Below are positions 10,303 to 19,197 of a DNA stretch of 64,000 nucleotides, piece by piece. Every line of letters starts with the position of its first letter. Positions within the stretch are counted from its first letter, which is position 1. The notes under the pieces are model-generated. The model was not told the origin of the DNA. It worked only from the letters and a program-made list of their open reading frames with translations, and searched no databases. This DNA is from Alphaproteobacteria bacterium (lineage in GTDB: Bacteria > Pseudomonadota > Alphaproteobacteria > CALMVH01): the NCBI GenBank assembly GCA_965199265.1, contig CBDAQV010000001.1, forward strand, positions 316,180 through 380,179. The letters run 5' to 3'. A program made the position numbers and the translations under genes.

Positions 10303-10641
10303 ATGAAACTTCCTCTTTGCAGCAGAACCAGATCCATGCTGATCCTTGCCGGTGCCGTCGCGGCGCTATGCGGGGTGGGCTGTGTCCCCGTTGCCTCGCA
10401 AGGCTATTACCCGCCCGGTGCTTACGCGCCGGGGGTCGCCGCTTACCCTTATCCCGATTACCCATGGTACTACGGTCCTGAAGTCGATATCTACGGCGGC
10501 TACGGACGCGGCGGTTACGGCGGGTATCGCGGTGGTGGCGGATACCGCGGCGGCGGCGGATATCGCGGCGGCGGCGGGTACCGTGGCGGCGGCTTTCGCG
10601 GCGGCGGTGGTGGCCATGGCGGAGGCGGTGGCCATCGCTAA
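10303..10641 (+). CDS. Secreted glycine/tyrosine-rich repeat protein (GGYRGGG repeats)
   Basis: A signal peptide MKLPLCSRTRSMLILAGAVAALCGVGC is followed by a proline/tyrosine-rich region and then GGYGGYRGGGGYRGGGGYRGGGGYRGGGFRGGGGGHGGGGGHR. Confidence 0.6.
   Translation: MKLPLCSRTRSMLILAGAVAALCGVGCVPVASQGYYPPGAYAPGVAAYPYPDYPWYYGPEVDIYGGYGRGGYGGYRGGGGYRGGGGYRGGGGYRGGGFRGGGGGHGGGGGHR
10500..10640 (+). repeat. Tandem 15-bp coding repeat (ggc ggc gga tac cgc-like units)
   Basis: Direct repeats encode the GGYRG units of the glycine-rich protein. Confidence 0.7.
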
Positions 10642-10648
10642 ACGCTTG

Positions 10649-10861
10649 TCAGGGCACCGGGTCCAATCCGCTGCCGCCCCAAGGGTGGCAACGGCAAATG
10701 CGTAGGAGGGCAAAACGGCCGCCTTTAATCGCGCCGTGACGCCGGACGGCCTCGGTGGCGTACGTCGAGCAGCCGGGAGCAAAGCGGCAGACGCCGCAAC
10801 AGAACATCGCTCCCAGCGTCAACTGGTAGATGCGGATCAGGATCAGCAGAGCGTATTTCAT
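10649..10861 (-). CDS. yidD: Membrane protein insertion efficiency factor YidD
   Basis: [48 protein letters not shown]…CHPWG is canonical YidD. Confidence 0.85.
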   Translation of the reverse strand: MKYALLILIRIYQLTLGAMFCCGVCRFAPGCSTYATEAVRRHGAIKGGRFALLRICRCHPWGGSGLDPVP

Positions 10862-11223
10862 TTCGCGTCGTTCAATTTGCGGATGATACCGAGTCCCTTG
10901 CACGCAAAGTGCAGATCACCGCGCAGTTCGTCATACGAACGCGTCAGCGTGCCCGCCCTGCCGATCAGCACCAAATCCAGCGGCTTGTCTTCATGTTCGC
11001 CCAGTACCTCGCGCGCGGCCTCGCGCAGGCGACGGCGGGCTCGGTTGCGCTTGACAGCATTGCCGACCTTGCGTGACACGGTAAAGCCCAGCCTCAGGTT
11101 GGCTCCTGGTGAAGCAGGCTCGGCATCGCGACTCTGCACGATGATGCCGGGCGTCACCCATTTGCGATTGGTCGCGGCGACAGCCAGGAACTCGGCACGC
11201 TTCCTCAGCCTGCCAAGAGCCAT
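10858..11223 (-). CDS. rnpA: Ribonuclease P protein component
   Basis: …[30 protein letters not shown]… is the RnpA RNR motif. Confidence 0.9.
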   Translation of the reverse strand: MALGRLRKRAEFLAVAATNRKWVTPGIIVQSRDAEPASPGANLRLGFTVSRKVGNAVKRNRARRRLREAAREVLGEHEDKPLDLVLIGRAGTLTRSYDELRGDLHFACKGLGIIRKLNDAK

Positions 11224-11229
11224 CGAACT

Positions 11230-11364
11230 CTACGCCGAAAGCTTCTTGCGGCCGCGTGCGCGGCGGCGGTTCAAAACGTTGCGGCCACCGACAGTGGCCA
11301 TGCGAGCGCGAAATCCATGCCGACGCTTGCGGACAATCCGGCTCGGCTGATACGTCCGCTTCAT
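11230..11364 (-). CDS. rpmH: 50S ribosomal protein L34
   Basis: The reverse-strand translation [44 protein letters not shown] is canonical L34. At 44 aa it is below the 60-aa cutoff of the ORF track. Confidence 0.9.
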   Translation of the reverse strand: MKRTYQPSRIVRKRRHGFRARMATVGGRNVLNRRRARGRKKLSA

Positions 11365-11468
11365 CGGACACTCCCATAACTGATAAAGTGAAGCGGCTTG
11401 TATAGGACGGGCAGGAGAGGCAAGTCAACAAGGGCGAACCCTGCAGGCGATCCTGCTTAAAAGAACGC

Positions 11469-11494
11469 TTTACAGAAAATTAACTTTCTGTAAA
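11469..11494. promoter_or_regulatory. Perfect 10-bp inverted repeat TTTACAGAAA-N6-TTTCTGTAAA in the rpmH upstream/divergent region
   Basis: Read directly from the sequence. It lies 105 nt upstream of the rpmH start and 9 nt upstream of the ATG at 11503. Confidence 0.4.
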
Positions 11495-11502
11495 CTGAGC
11501 TA

Positions 11503-12237
11503 ATGTTCGAGCATCTGGAAACCAGCATGGGGACGGGCACTTTCGGACGCCGCGCCGCAAGCGAGTCAGGCCGTCGTGTCGACGACGCCTGCGTGCGTGC
11601 ATTCGCCCCTGCCATGCGGGCCGGCAATGCCGAAATGATGCGAGGGCTGGCGCGCCTTGTCGCCCTTCCCCTTTGCGAAGTTCCGGCGCCGGCGCGGCCG
11701 GTGCTGATCGCCGACATCCGCAAGCGGCATACGACGATGCCGTCGGGCCGGGAGATCAGCCACCGCATGCAGCGCTACATGGAGCGCGCCTTGATGCAGG
11801 CGCGACTGCATCTGATGGGCGATCCCGGTGCGCGGGGCGAGTTCGAGCTTGCTGCCCGGCAGTATGCAGACCGTCTGGACATCCGCCGCAGGCTTGCGGC
11901 AACGCATTTTGCCCAGCTCGAGTCCGATGCCCGGACATTGCCCGGCGCGCTGGAATGGTGCGAACGGCTGGTCACGAAGCATACCCCTCAGGAACTGGAA
12001 AGGCTGTGCCTGGGGCAGGCCGCTTCCCGTTTGAATGCCGCCGCGCGCGAGCATGCCGATACGGGTTCCCTGATTTCGGTGCTGGAGGCCACGGCGTCAT
12101 TTCTGTCGGCGGAAAACGGCCCTACGCTCTATGCCCTAGAAAGGGTTCGCCGCGTTCTTGGTGCGGGCTTGGCCAAGGAAGGCGGCGCCAACGGTTCGGC
12201 GGGCGAACTCCGTTTCCGGCCGCGCCGGTTCGCATAG
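11503..12237 (+). CDS. Hypothetical protein
   Basis: A 244-aa ORF starts right after the palindrome. I recognise no motifs, and it could be a high-GC frame artefact. Confidence 0.35.
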   Translation: MFEHLETSMGTGTFGRRAASESGRRVDDACVRAFAPAMRAGNAEMMRGLARLVALPLCEVPAPARPVLIADIRKRHTTMPSGREISHRMQRYMERALMQARLHLMGDPGARGEFELAARQYADRLDIRRRLAATHFAQLESDARTLPGALEWCERLVTKHTPQELERLCLGQAASRLNAAAREHADTGSLISVLEATASFLSAENGPTLYALERVRRVLGAGLAKEGGANGSAGELRFRPRRFA

Positions 12238-12264
12238 TGGTGAAACTGGATCGGCCTCGCCGCC

Positions 12265-12483
12265 TCAGCGCAGCTGAAAGCCGATCTTTACCGTTTCCTG
12301 CACGCGGTAAAGCCAGTTTCCGCTGGCGTCGAGCAGGCCGGTTTCCATCGGCGACTTGTCCGCTTCCATGACGGTGCAGCTTTCGGGCATCAGCACATGG
12401 TCGCCCACGCTGTAATCGTAGTAGCCGCCTTGCGGACGGGTTGATGGTGCCTTTGCCATTGCCACGTACCTGTAGTTAGCCAT
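12265..12483 (-). CDS. Small hypothetical protein
   Basis: A 72-aa ORF has a good RBS (aagggga) upstream and an AT-rich promoter region. Confidence 0.45.
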   Translation of the reverse strand: MANYRYVAMAKAPSTRPQGGYYDYSVGDHVLMPESCTVMEADKSPMETGLLDASGNWLYRVQETVKIGFQLR

Positions 12484-12560
12484 TCCGAGTCCCCTTCTGT
12501 TCCGGTTTGCCCTACGAGGCTTCTCCCCGCGCCATGATTAATCTTGTACGACAAAATTAG

Positions 12561-13220
12561 TTAATTCGGGATTTCGTCGTCCGGAAGAAAACGGGTCGGC
12601 AGGTGGCTCCGCCGGAAATCGGCTTCGTCGCGGGCGGAGGCGTATCCGGGATGCAGGCATTCGACGCCCGCCGCGGTTGCGAGCCAGAGTTCGCAATTGT
12701 TCATGCGCGGCAGCGCCTCAACCCAGTCGAGCGTCTGGCCGGCATGGACCATCGCAAGCACTCTTGTGGTCGAGCGGTGTCCCACGACAATCGCAAGTTC
12801 GGCCGAAGGCACTGGCCGCAACCGTTCCGCATCAAAGCTTCGCAGAACCTCCAGCAAGCCGGGCAGCGTAGTGCCGTCGATCACGCGTCCGAACAAGCCG
12901 GGCTCATCCGGTGTCGGCCGAAACTCGCGAGGGAGAAACCGGATTTCCCCGATGCGGGTATCCTCGATCAACGGCGCGACGTCCAGCCCGCTTCCCGCAA
13001 GGGATTGCGACGCTATCTGCCAGGTCCGCGAGGCACGAACATGTCCGGACGCGAACGGTACGACGGCGCGTACGCCCAAATGGCGCGCGAGCGCGAGCAG
13101 GCGCGGGCCGATCCGGCTTGCCTGTGCCACGCCGTCCGGGTGGAGGGGAGTCGCGGGGTCGTCCGTCCCGCCCTCGATGTTCTTGCCGGTCGCCGCGTGA
13201 CGGAGGAATACAATCGGCAT
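12561..13220 (-). CDS. Histidine phosphatase (phosphoglycerate-mutase-like) family protein
   Basis: MPIVFLRHAATG… carries the RHG motif and has a branch-2-like layout. Confidence 0.7.
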   Translation of the reverse strand: MPIVFLRHAATGKNIEGGTDDPATPLHPDGVAQASRIGPRLLALARHLGVRAVVPFASGHVRASRTWQIASQSLAGSGLDVAPLIEDTRIGEIRFLPREFRPTPDEPGLFGRVIDGTTLPGLLEVLRSFDAERLRPVPSAELAIVVGHRSTTRVLAMVHAGQTLDWVEALPRMNNCELWLATAAGVECLHPGYASARDEADFRRSHLPTRFLPDDEIPN

Positions 13221-13343
13221 GCTTGGCCTTTGCTGGGCGGTGGCGCGTTCGCCGCGGTCGTGACGAATGAACCACGGGCAGCCCTACGTTAGAGTTCGAC
13301 GCACCATGGCAGCAAACACTTCTTTTCGCGCAAGCGCCCGTAT

Positions 13344-15296
13344 ATGTTCGAGCGCATGACTCTAGGAATTCGTACCTTTGACCCGAAGGCCAACCTCGGC
13401 GATCCTTTGTTCAAGGCGCTGGGTCATCCGGCCGCCGCTCCGGGGATTTGCGATTGGGTCGGAAAGCTGGCGGGGATGGGACGGCTTGCCGTCATCGACC
13501 CGCTGGGGCAGTTCTCGTCGCTTGCCGCGCTTTACGACGTTTCATCGCTGAAGGTCGAGGGCCGCTATGTACAGAAGATCGAGGCTCTCTGGGCTGACGG
13601 GGCTCCTGAGTCCGGCGATGCCGGACCCCCGCCGCGTTCCCTGCTGGATCTCGAGCATACAAAGGCCGACGCGGTGCTGCTGGCGGCGTTCGACGACGAC
13701 CACTACCGCCGTGCCATCGCGCCGCTTCTGCCGGAAGGGCTGCCCCTTCTCTCGTTCGACGAACTGCGGCTTGGCGCGCGCTACCTGACCAACAGCAGGC
13801 GCTACCTCGACCCTTTGAACTTCGCGACCAACTTCGCACTGTTCCGCGCCGGCGAGGGTCGGCGCTCGGTGGTGCGGACCGCCAACTACTGGTCCGGCTA
13901 CGGCGCGGTGGAGCCGCGCCTGATGCTGATCCTGTTCGGCGGCGACGGAACCCGCCTTGCCGAATGGGAAGAGCCGTTGCGGCCGCGCCAGAGCATCGTT
14001 CTTGACGCCGAGCAGGTCCGCAGGCGTTTCGGCCTTCCGGCGTTCAGCGGCATGCTGATGATCCATGCGGTCGGGGTCGCCGGGCATGGCGAGGTCAAAT
14101 ATGTGCTGGACGACGTCGACGAGGGCGGGCGCGACCCGGCGCTGACGCACGACACGAACAGCTGGCCCGCGCAGTTCTACTGCGGCCTTCCCGCGCCGCG
14201 AGAGGGCGAGTCCATTCGGCTATGGCTGCAGAACGTCCATCCCGGCCCCATACCGCGCAAAGCTTTGAGCCTCGGCCTCATGGGGCACGAAGACACGGTG
14301 GCGATCGACGAAGAGATTGCCGGCTTCGGCACGCACTGCCTGAAGGTGGAAACTCTGTTTCCCGACAAGGCCTGGCCGGCGCAGTTCGAACTGACCGCAG
14401 GCCACCACATCGTTCGCCCGCGGTACGAGATCGTGAGTGCGACGCCGCGAGGCGGCGCTACCGTGACCTTCGCGCACATGAATGTCGAAAGGATCGACCT
14501 GCGCCCCGATCCCGCGATCGCCAAAGCCGCCCCGCTGATCGGCAAAGGCTACATGCTGCCGGCGCCCATCCTGCCGCTCGGCAAGTTCCGCAACCTCGCC
14601 ATTCCAACGCCCGCCGCGCGGGGGCAAATCCGGCTGCCGCTCGCAATCAGGGTCTATGGCAGTGACGGCACGCCGGTGCTGGAGCGGCCACTGGGCGTCC
14701 TCGCGCGCGATGCGCTGCCCGAAATCGATGTCAACTCCCTGCTCGGCGAAGCGAATGCCGGAGACGAGTTCGAGGGTCATTTCGAGCTTATCTACGACCA
14801 TGAGCACGGAATCGACGTCGATGGCTGGCTGCATGCCTTGTTCCGCTATATCCGCGTCGACGGCGGCCAGATGGGAGACAGCAGTTTTGGCGCGCATGTC
14901 TTCAACATCCCGGTCACCCTGGGCAGCGAGCCCAAATCGTACTCCGGAAAGGCGCCGGGACTCTCGACGCGGCTGTTCGCCAGAGCGGCGCCGGCGCCTC
15001 TGGAGACGTTTATTCATCTGATCTACCCCTCGTCGGGCAAATGGCGCCCCCAGTCATCGACTTCGATCGCCCTCTACGACGCCAACGGCGAGGAGATCGG
15101 GCAGACATCGCTCGAAATACCTCTCAACGGCTCACGGTTCCTAACGGCGTCCGGCCTGTTCGCGGAAAGCGCGCTGCAGCAAGCCGGCCCGTCCGGGTAC
15201 ATGCAGGTTTCCGACCGCACCTGCCGCCTGTTCGGCTACCACGGGGTGATCGGGGCCGACGGGCAGTTCGCCCTCGACCACATGTTCGGGTTCTAG
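13344..15296 (+). CDS. Large conserved hypothetical protein (650 aa)
   Basis: This is an uninterrupted 650-aa frame in a 65% GC context. I recognise no motifs. It sits immediately upstream of the DctP-like gene. Confidence 0.6.
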   Translation: MFERMTLGIRTFDPKANLGDPLFKALGHPAAAPGICDWVGKLAGMGRLAVIDPLGQFSSLAALYDVSSLKVEGRYVQKIEALWADGAPESGDAGPPPRSLLDLEHTKADAVLLAAFDDDHYRRAIAPLLPEGLPLLSFDELRLGARYLTNSRRYLDPLNFATNFALFRAGEGRRSVVRTANYWSGYGAVEPRLMLILFGGDGTRLAEWEEPLRPRQSIVLDAEQVRRRFGLPAFSGMLMIHAVGVAGHGEVKYVLDDVDEGGRDPALTHDTNSWPAQFYCGLPAPREGESIRLWLQNVHPGPIPRKALSLGLMGHEDTVAIDEEIAGFGTHCLKVETLFPDKAWPAQFELTAGHHIVRPRYEIVSATPRGGATVTFAHMNVERIDLRPDPAIAKAAPLIGKGYMLPAPILPLGKFRNLAIPTPAARGQIRLPLAIRVYGSDGTPVLERPLGVLARDALPEIDVNSLLGEANAGDEFEGHFELIYDHEHGIDVDGWLHALFRYIRVDGGQMGDSSFGAHVFNIPVTLGSEPKSYSGKAPGLSTRLFARAAPAPLETFIHLIYPSSGKWRPQSSTSIALYDANGEEIGQTSLEIPLNGSRFLTASGLFAESALQQAGPSGYMQVSDRTCRLFGYHGVIGADGQFALDHMFGF

Positions 15297-15299
15297 GAC

Positions 15300-16328
15300 T
15301 TGGCGCGCCGCCCCTACCGCAACGTCGCGGCGCTTTGCCTGGCGCTTCTGCTGACCTTGCCCCTGCCGGCCATGGCGGCGGGCTCGGGCGTGGTCGTTGC
15401 CAGTTCGGGAAGCAAGGACAGTGTCCGTTTCGCCGAATGGCAGGAGTTCCGGCGCAACGTCGACGACAGGAGTAGCGGCTCGCTGCTGCTCGACTACCTC
15501 ATCTTCGGTGAGCTGGGTTCGGCGCAATCCATGCTCCAGGCGGTCATGACCGGCAGGGCGAGCATCGGCGGCTTCGGTTGCGGGGGCATCACCGCGGCCA
15601 TTCCCGAACTGGCCGTGCCGCAAATGCCGTTCCTGTTCGCCAGCCGGGAAGAAGCCGATTTCGTCTTCGATCGTTTCCTGACGCCGATCTACTCGGACAT
15701 CCTTGGCTCGCACGGACTGGTCCTGCTGCGCTGGACCGATTTCGGGTTCATGGAACTTTATTCAAGGGAACCGGTGCGTTCGCCTTTCCAGCTTGCGGGC
15801 AGGTCAGTCCGCACAGTCGGCAATATATCGGGTCCCGAAATGCTAAAAGCGGTCAGGGCCATCCCGGTCGAAGTCGGAATCGGTGAAATCGCCGACTCCA
15901 GCCAGAGCAACAAGCTGTTCGGCAGCGTCGGCACCTTGCAGAACTACGAGCGCGTGCAATCCACTTTCCCCTATGTCACCAATACCGAGCATTCCTATAA
16001 CTGCGGCGTGATCGTCGCCAACAAAGGCTGGTTCGACTCGCTGGCGCCTCAGGAACGCGACATCCTGCGCGCCTCATACCCTAAAATCGCCGACATGCGC
16101 GGTGCGCTGCAGGCCGAGGAAATGAGCCTCAGGATCAGGCTGGAGACAAAGGGCAGCGTGTTCCTGGCGCTGTCGGCGGAGGAACACAATGCGTGGGCTG
16201 CGGCGGCCTTGCCCCTTTACCCTACCATACTGAAGCAGGCCGGCGGGCGTGCCGTCGAGATCTATGACCTGATCCGGGCTGGCAAGCAGGCGTTCCTGCG
16301 AGAGCCGGCCTCAAGCCCCTTTCACTGA
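15300..16328 (+). CDS. TRAP-transporter DctP-like periplasmic solute-binding protein (orphan; no dctQM adjacent)
   Basis: A signal peptide is followed by …SGSLLLDYLIFGELGSAQSMLQAVMTGRASIGGF…, typical of the DctP family. Confidence 0.65.
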   Translation: MARRPYRNVAALCLALLLTLPLPAMAAGSGVVVASSGSKDSVRFAEWQEFRRNVDDRSSGSLLLDYLIFGELGSAQSMLQAVMTGRASIGGFGCGGITAAIPELAVPQMPFLFASREEADFVFDRFLTPIYSDILGSHGLVLLRWTDFGFMELYSREPVRSPFQLAGRSVRTVGNISGPEMLKAVRAIPVEVGIGEIADSSQSNKLFGSVGTLQNYERVQSTFPYVTNTEHSYNCGVIVANKGWFDSLAPQERDILRASYPKIADMRGALQAEEMSLRIRLETKGSVFLALSAEEHNAWAAAALPLYPTILKQAGGRAVEIYDLIRAGKQAFLREPASSPFH

Positions 16329-16420
16329 CATTGCGCATTTTTCGATGGGTAAGTACGAAAAAACTTTCATGCCGGCGCGATCGGTGGTTTAATGTGACCA
16401 AATCGTGTCGGGGGACTTCG

Positions 16421-16585
16421 ATGAACAATGATCGTAACGAGATAGTCAACGATCTGAGGCTTAGAGAAGCCGCGGAAGCTATGAGCAAGCTTTATAGCGA
16501 AAAAGGTTCGGCTGGCTACAAAGCTTTGATAAAAGTTGTTTCCACACCTGCTAACGGCAGTGGTTCCAGAAACTTCGATTTGTGA
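16421..16585 (+). CDS. Small hypothetical protein (54 aa) in an AT-rich pocket
   Basis: MNNDRNEIVNDLRLREAAEAMSKLYSEKGSAGYKALIKV… is preceded by an RBS gggggac. Confidence 0.35.
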   Translation: MNNDRNEIVNDLRLREAAEAMSKLYSEKGSAGYKALIKVVSTPANGSGSRNFDL

Positions 16586-16599
16586 TTTTCCAGCCTGTA

Positions 16600-16637
16600 A
16601 AAAAAAGGGCGGCCTCTTCAGGCCGCCCTTTTTTTGT
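16600..16637. terminator. Bidirectional rho-independent terminator
   Basis: aaaaaaaa gggcggcc tcttca ggccgccc tttttttg. Confidence 0.8.
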
Positions 16638-16645
16638 GGTTGTAG

Positions 16646-16861
16646 TCAGACGCGGCTGATCGAACCGCGTTTGTCGGCAGAGTCGTTCTTGGAATCGCGC
16701 AGAGCATCCTTCATCCCGCCCATCGCATTCTGGGCCTTGCCGGTTTCACGCATTGCGGCGCCTTCAGTTTTGAGCTTCACGTCACCCGTGAGTTTCCCTG
16801 CCGCTTCACGAAGATTGCCTTCAGCCTGGCGGAACGCACCGTTTACCCTATCCTTGTCCAT
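16646..16861 (-). CDS. CsbD-family stress-response protein
   Basis: MDKDRVNGAFRQAEGNLREAAGKLTGDVKLKTEG… is canonical CsbD. An RBS ggag precedes the start. Confidence 0.8.
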   Translation of the reverse strand: MDKDRVNGAFRQAEGNLREAAGKLTGDVKLKTEGAAMRETGKAQNAMGGMKDALRDSKNDSADKRGSISRV

Positions 16862-16940
16862 GAAAATCTCCTTTAAGTACATATTATACAACCCCAAATA
16901 CGCCCGAATTGTTCCCGGCAGCAGACCTGGCAAGCTTGAC

Positions 16941-18515
16941 TCAGCTTTTGACCGGCACGCAATGGGTCAGGACCGAACACGCGCGCTTGGCTTGCAGTTC
17001 GTTCAGCCCGGTCAGTTCCGCGCGGTAGGCGTGGCGGTGGCGGGCGTGAAGCGCAACGGATACGGGATGCGCCGCGCCGCGCACGTCCTGGGGCAGGGTG
17101 GCGACGGCTTTCTGCAGGATTGCGTCGCTTACCAAGCGGCTTGAATAAGTCCCGATCTCGACTCCCCAGGTAGGGTTTCGGCCTGCCTGGGGTGCGGAGT
17201 AGGAAGGGTTATGCATCGGTGCGCGAGGAGCGAGCGGGGCCGCAGGCGCTTCCGAAGCGTCGGCATCGCCTTGCGCAGGGGCTTCCGGCTTGAGCGGAGG
17301 CGGCGGCGATGTCACTACCGATGGTGACGGCGACGTCAGGTCGGCTTCGGTGACCGCCAGCGTTGCGGGCCCTGCAGAAGGGGTTGCGCGCACGGGCGGA
17401 GGCGTGGTCGCCGGGTAGCCGGCGCTGCTTGCGGTCTGCAAGGCGGCGGGGGTTGGCGACGGCATACCGGGCAGCGGCGCCGCAACGATTGCGGCAGGCG
17501 AAGCTGGAGAACCCTCGCCGCCTTCTACATCGTCGCCGGCTTCGGACAGGTCCACGCCATCGACCTTGCCTGCGGGGGCCGCCAGCCGGGCGATGGAGTT
17601 CTCGGCCGCCAGTTGCGGCTTTTCCGGTGGCGGCGCGGCGGTGTCCAGTGGAGCGCTGGCAATGGTCTCCTGCATGGCGCCCGAAGCCGGCGGCTGTCCG
17701 CCAACACGGGAAAACCCGTCATCCAGAAGGCCTGCCATGTAATTGTCGCGTGCCACCGCGCTGCTGCCGCCGAAGACGACCGCAATCAGGCGATGCCCGT
17801 TTCGTACCGCCGAGGCGGTCAGGTTGAACCCCGAAGCGCGGATAAAGCCGGTCTTGATCCCATCCATGCCGGGATAGCGGCTCATCAGGTGGTTGTGATT
17901 GGGATGGTTGATTCCATTGTAAGTGAACGAGCGCGTCGAGAAGTACCGGTAATACTTTGGGAAGCGCTGGATCGTCGCCTCCGCGAGCACAGCCATGTCG
18001 CGCGCGGTGGTCAGCTGTTGCGGGTCGGGCAGGCCGTTCGGGTTGTTCCAGTGCGTGTTAGTCATGCCGAGGCTGTGCGCACGGCTGGTCATCATCTGCG
18101 CGAACTGCGCCTCGCTGCCGCCGATGTTCTCGGCCAGCACCATGGCACAGTCGTTCGCCGACAGCGTCACTGCCGCCAGCACGCAGCTCTGGACGCTGAT
18201 CGTGCTGCCCGGGCGCAGGCCCAGCCTGCTGGGCGCCTGCTCGGCGGCGAGCTGCGTAACGGAAAGTGGCGTCGATAGCGACAACCGCCCTTGGCTCAGC
18301 GCCTCGAAAGTCAGATACAGCGTCATGATCTTGGTCATCGACGCCGGATACAGCTGCACGTCCGGGTTGCGGGCGTTGAGGATCCGGCCGGTGCCGGCAT
18401 CGACCACGATGAATGAATCAGCCGATTGAGCGCGGGCGCTTTCCCCCAGCAAAGGCAGCGCGAGGACGGAGCAAACCAGGGCAAGGCAGTTTCTCAAGGC
18501 GAAGGCACGAAGCAT
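16941..18515 (-). CDS. D-alanyl-D-alanine carboxypeptidase (S11, PBP5/6-like) with a proline-rich linker and C-terminal SPOR-like domain
   Basis: SMTKIMT (SxxK), SAND…, and KTG motifs are present. A long Pro/Ala-rich region is followed by a SPOR-like terminus. Confidence 0.85.
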   Translation of the reverse strand: MLRAFALRNCLALVCSVLALPLLGESARAQSADSFIVVDAGTGRILNARNPDVQLYPASMTKIMTLYLTFEALSQGRLSLSTPLSVTQLAAEQAPSRLGLRPGSTISVQSCVLAAVTLSANDCAMVLAENIGGSEAQFAQMMTSRAHSLGMTNTHWNNPNGLPDPQQLTTARDMAVLAEATIQRFPKYYRYFSTRSFTYNGINHPNHNHLMSRYPGMDGIKTGFIRASGFNLTASAVRNGHRLIAVVFGGSSAVARDNYMAGLLDDGFSRVGGQPPASGAMQETIASAPLDTAAPPPEKPQLAAENSIARLAAPAGKVDGVDLSEAGDDVEGGEGSPASPAAIVAAPLPGMPSPTPAALQTASSAGYPATTPPPVRATPSAGPATLAVTEADLTSPSPSVVTSPPPPLKPEAPAQGDADASEAPAAPLAPRAPMHNPSYSAPQAGRNPTWGVEIGTYSSRLVSDAILQKAVATLPQDVRGAAHPVSVALHARHRHAYRAELTGLNELQAKRACSVLTHCVPVKS

Positions 18516-18706
18516 GCACTGTCTCAACCGTTTGCCTCCTGCTGATGCGGCTGGCAGCTTAAGTAGCGTTATGGTTAACAAGGTGCAAAGAAAATGGGAG
18601 GGAACAGCGACAAGGCGCGGTGTATTCTTGCGCGAAGCGCATATATTGTAGCGAAGCGGTCAGGCCAAAGCGGGGCAGGGCCCGCGGATAAAGGCTTCGA
18701 TCAGGG

Positions 18707-19057
18707 ATGCGCATGTCCGACCACGACAAGAACAAAGAGGGAGCGGGCGGGCCGGATAACGAGTCGGGTACCGGCCTTGCGGTCAAGCCCAAGCCCAAGG
18801 TCAAGAAGCCATCGCTTTACAAGGTCCTCATGCTGAACGACGACTACACGCCGATGGAGTTCGTGGTGCACGTCCTGGAGCGATTCTTCCGCAAGAACCG
18901 CGAGGAAGCGACCAAGATCATGCTGAACATCCATCGGCGCGGCGTCGGCCTGTGCGGCGTCTACACCCATGACGTGGCGGAAACCAAGGTCAACCAGGTC
19001 ATGGAGTTCAGCCGCAAGCACCAGCACCCGCTGCAATGCACGATGGAGCGCGAATAA
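18707..19057 (+). CDS. clpS: ATP-dependent Clp protease adaptor ClpS
   Basis: …[25 protein letters not shown]… is canonical ClpS. Confidence 0.9.
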   Translation: MRMSDHDKNKEGAGGPDNESGTGLAVKPKPKVKKPSLYKVLMLNDDYTPMEFVVHVLERFFRKNREEATKIMLNIHRRGVGLCGVYTHDVAETKVNQVMEFSRKHQHPLQCTMERE

Positions 19058-19197
19058 CTGTTTGCCGCAACTCTTAACACCGGCGCATCCGCTTCCCATA
19101 TTCCTTGAACACAGCGAGACGGTGACTCCCGGCGCAGCCAAGCTTCTCTTAACCATGAGGGCCTAGACTGGACGCCAAGGACCGGACCGCAGGAGGG

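Noticed and set aside
10500-10640. A regularly spaced direct repeat considered as a possible CRISPR array or minisatellite.
   Set aside because: The repeats are 15 bp with no spacers and are in-frame codons for GGYRG units of a secreted protein. This is not a CRISPR array.
12603-13292. A 229-aa + strand ORF antisense to the histidine-phosphatase gene.
   Set aside because: The RHG-motif phosphatase on the - strand is the better-supported gene, and there is no RBS or motif for the + strand frame.
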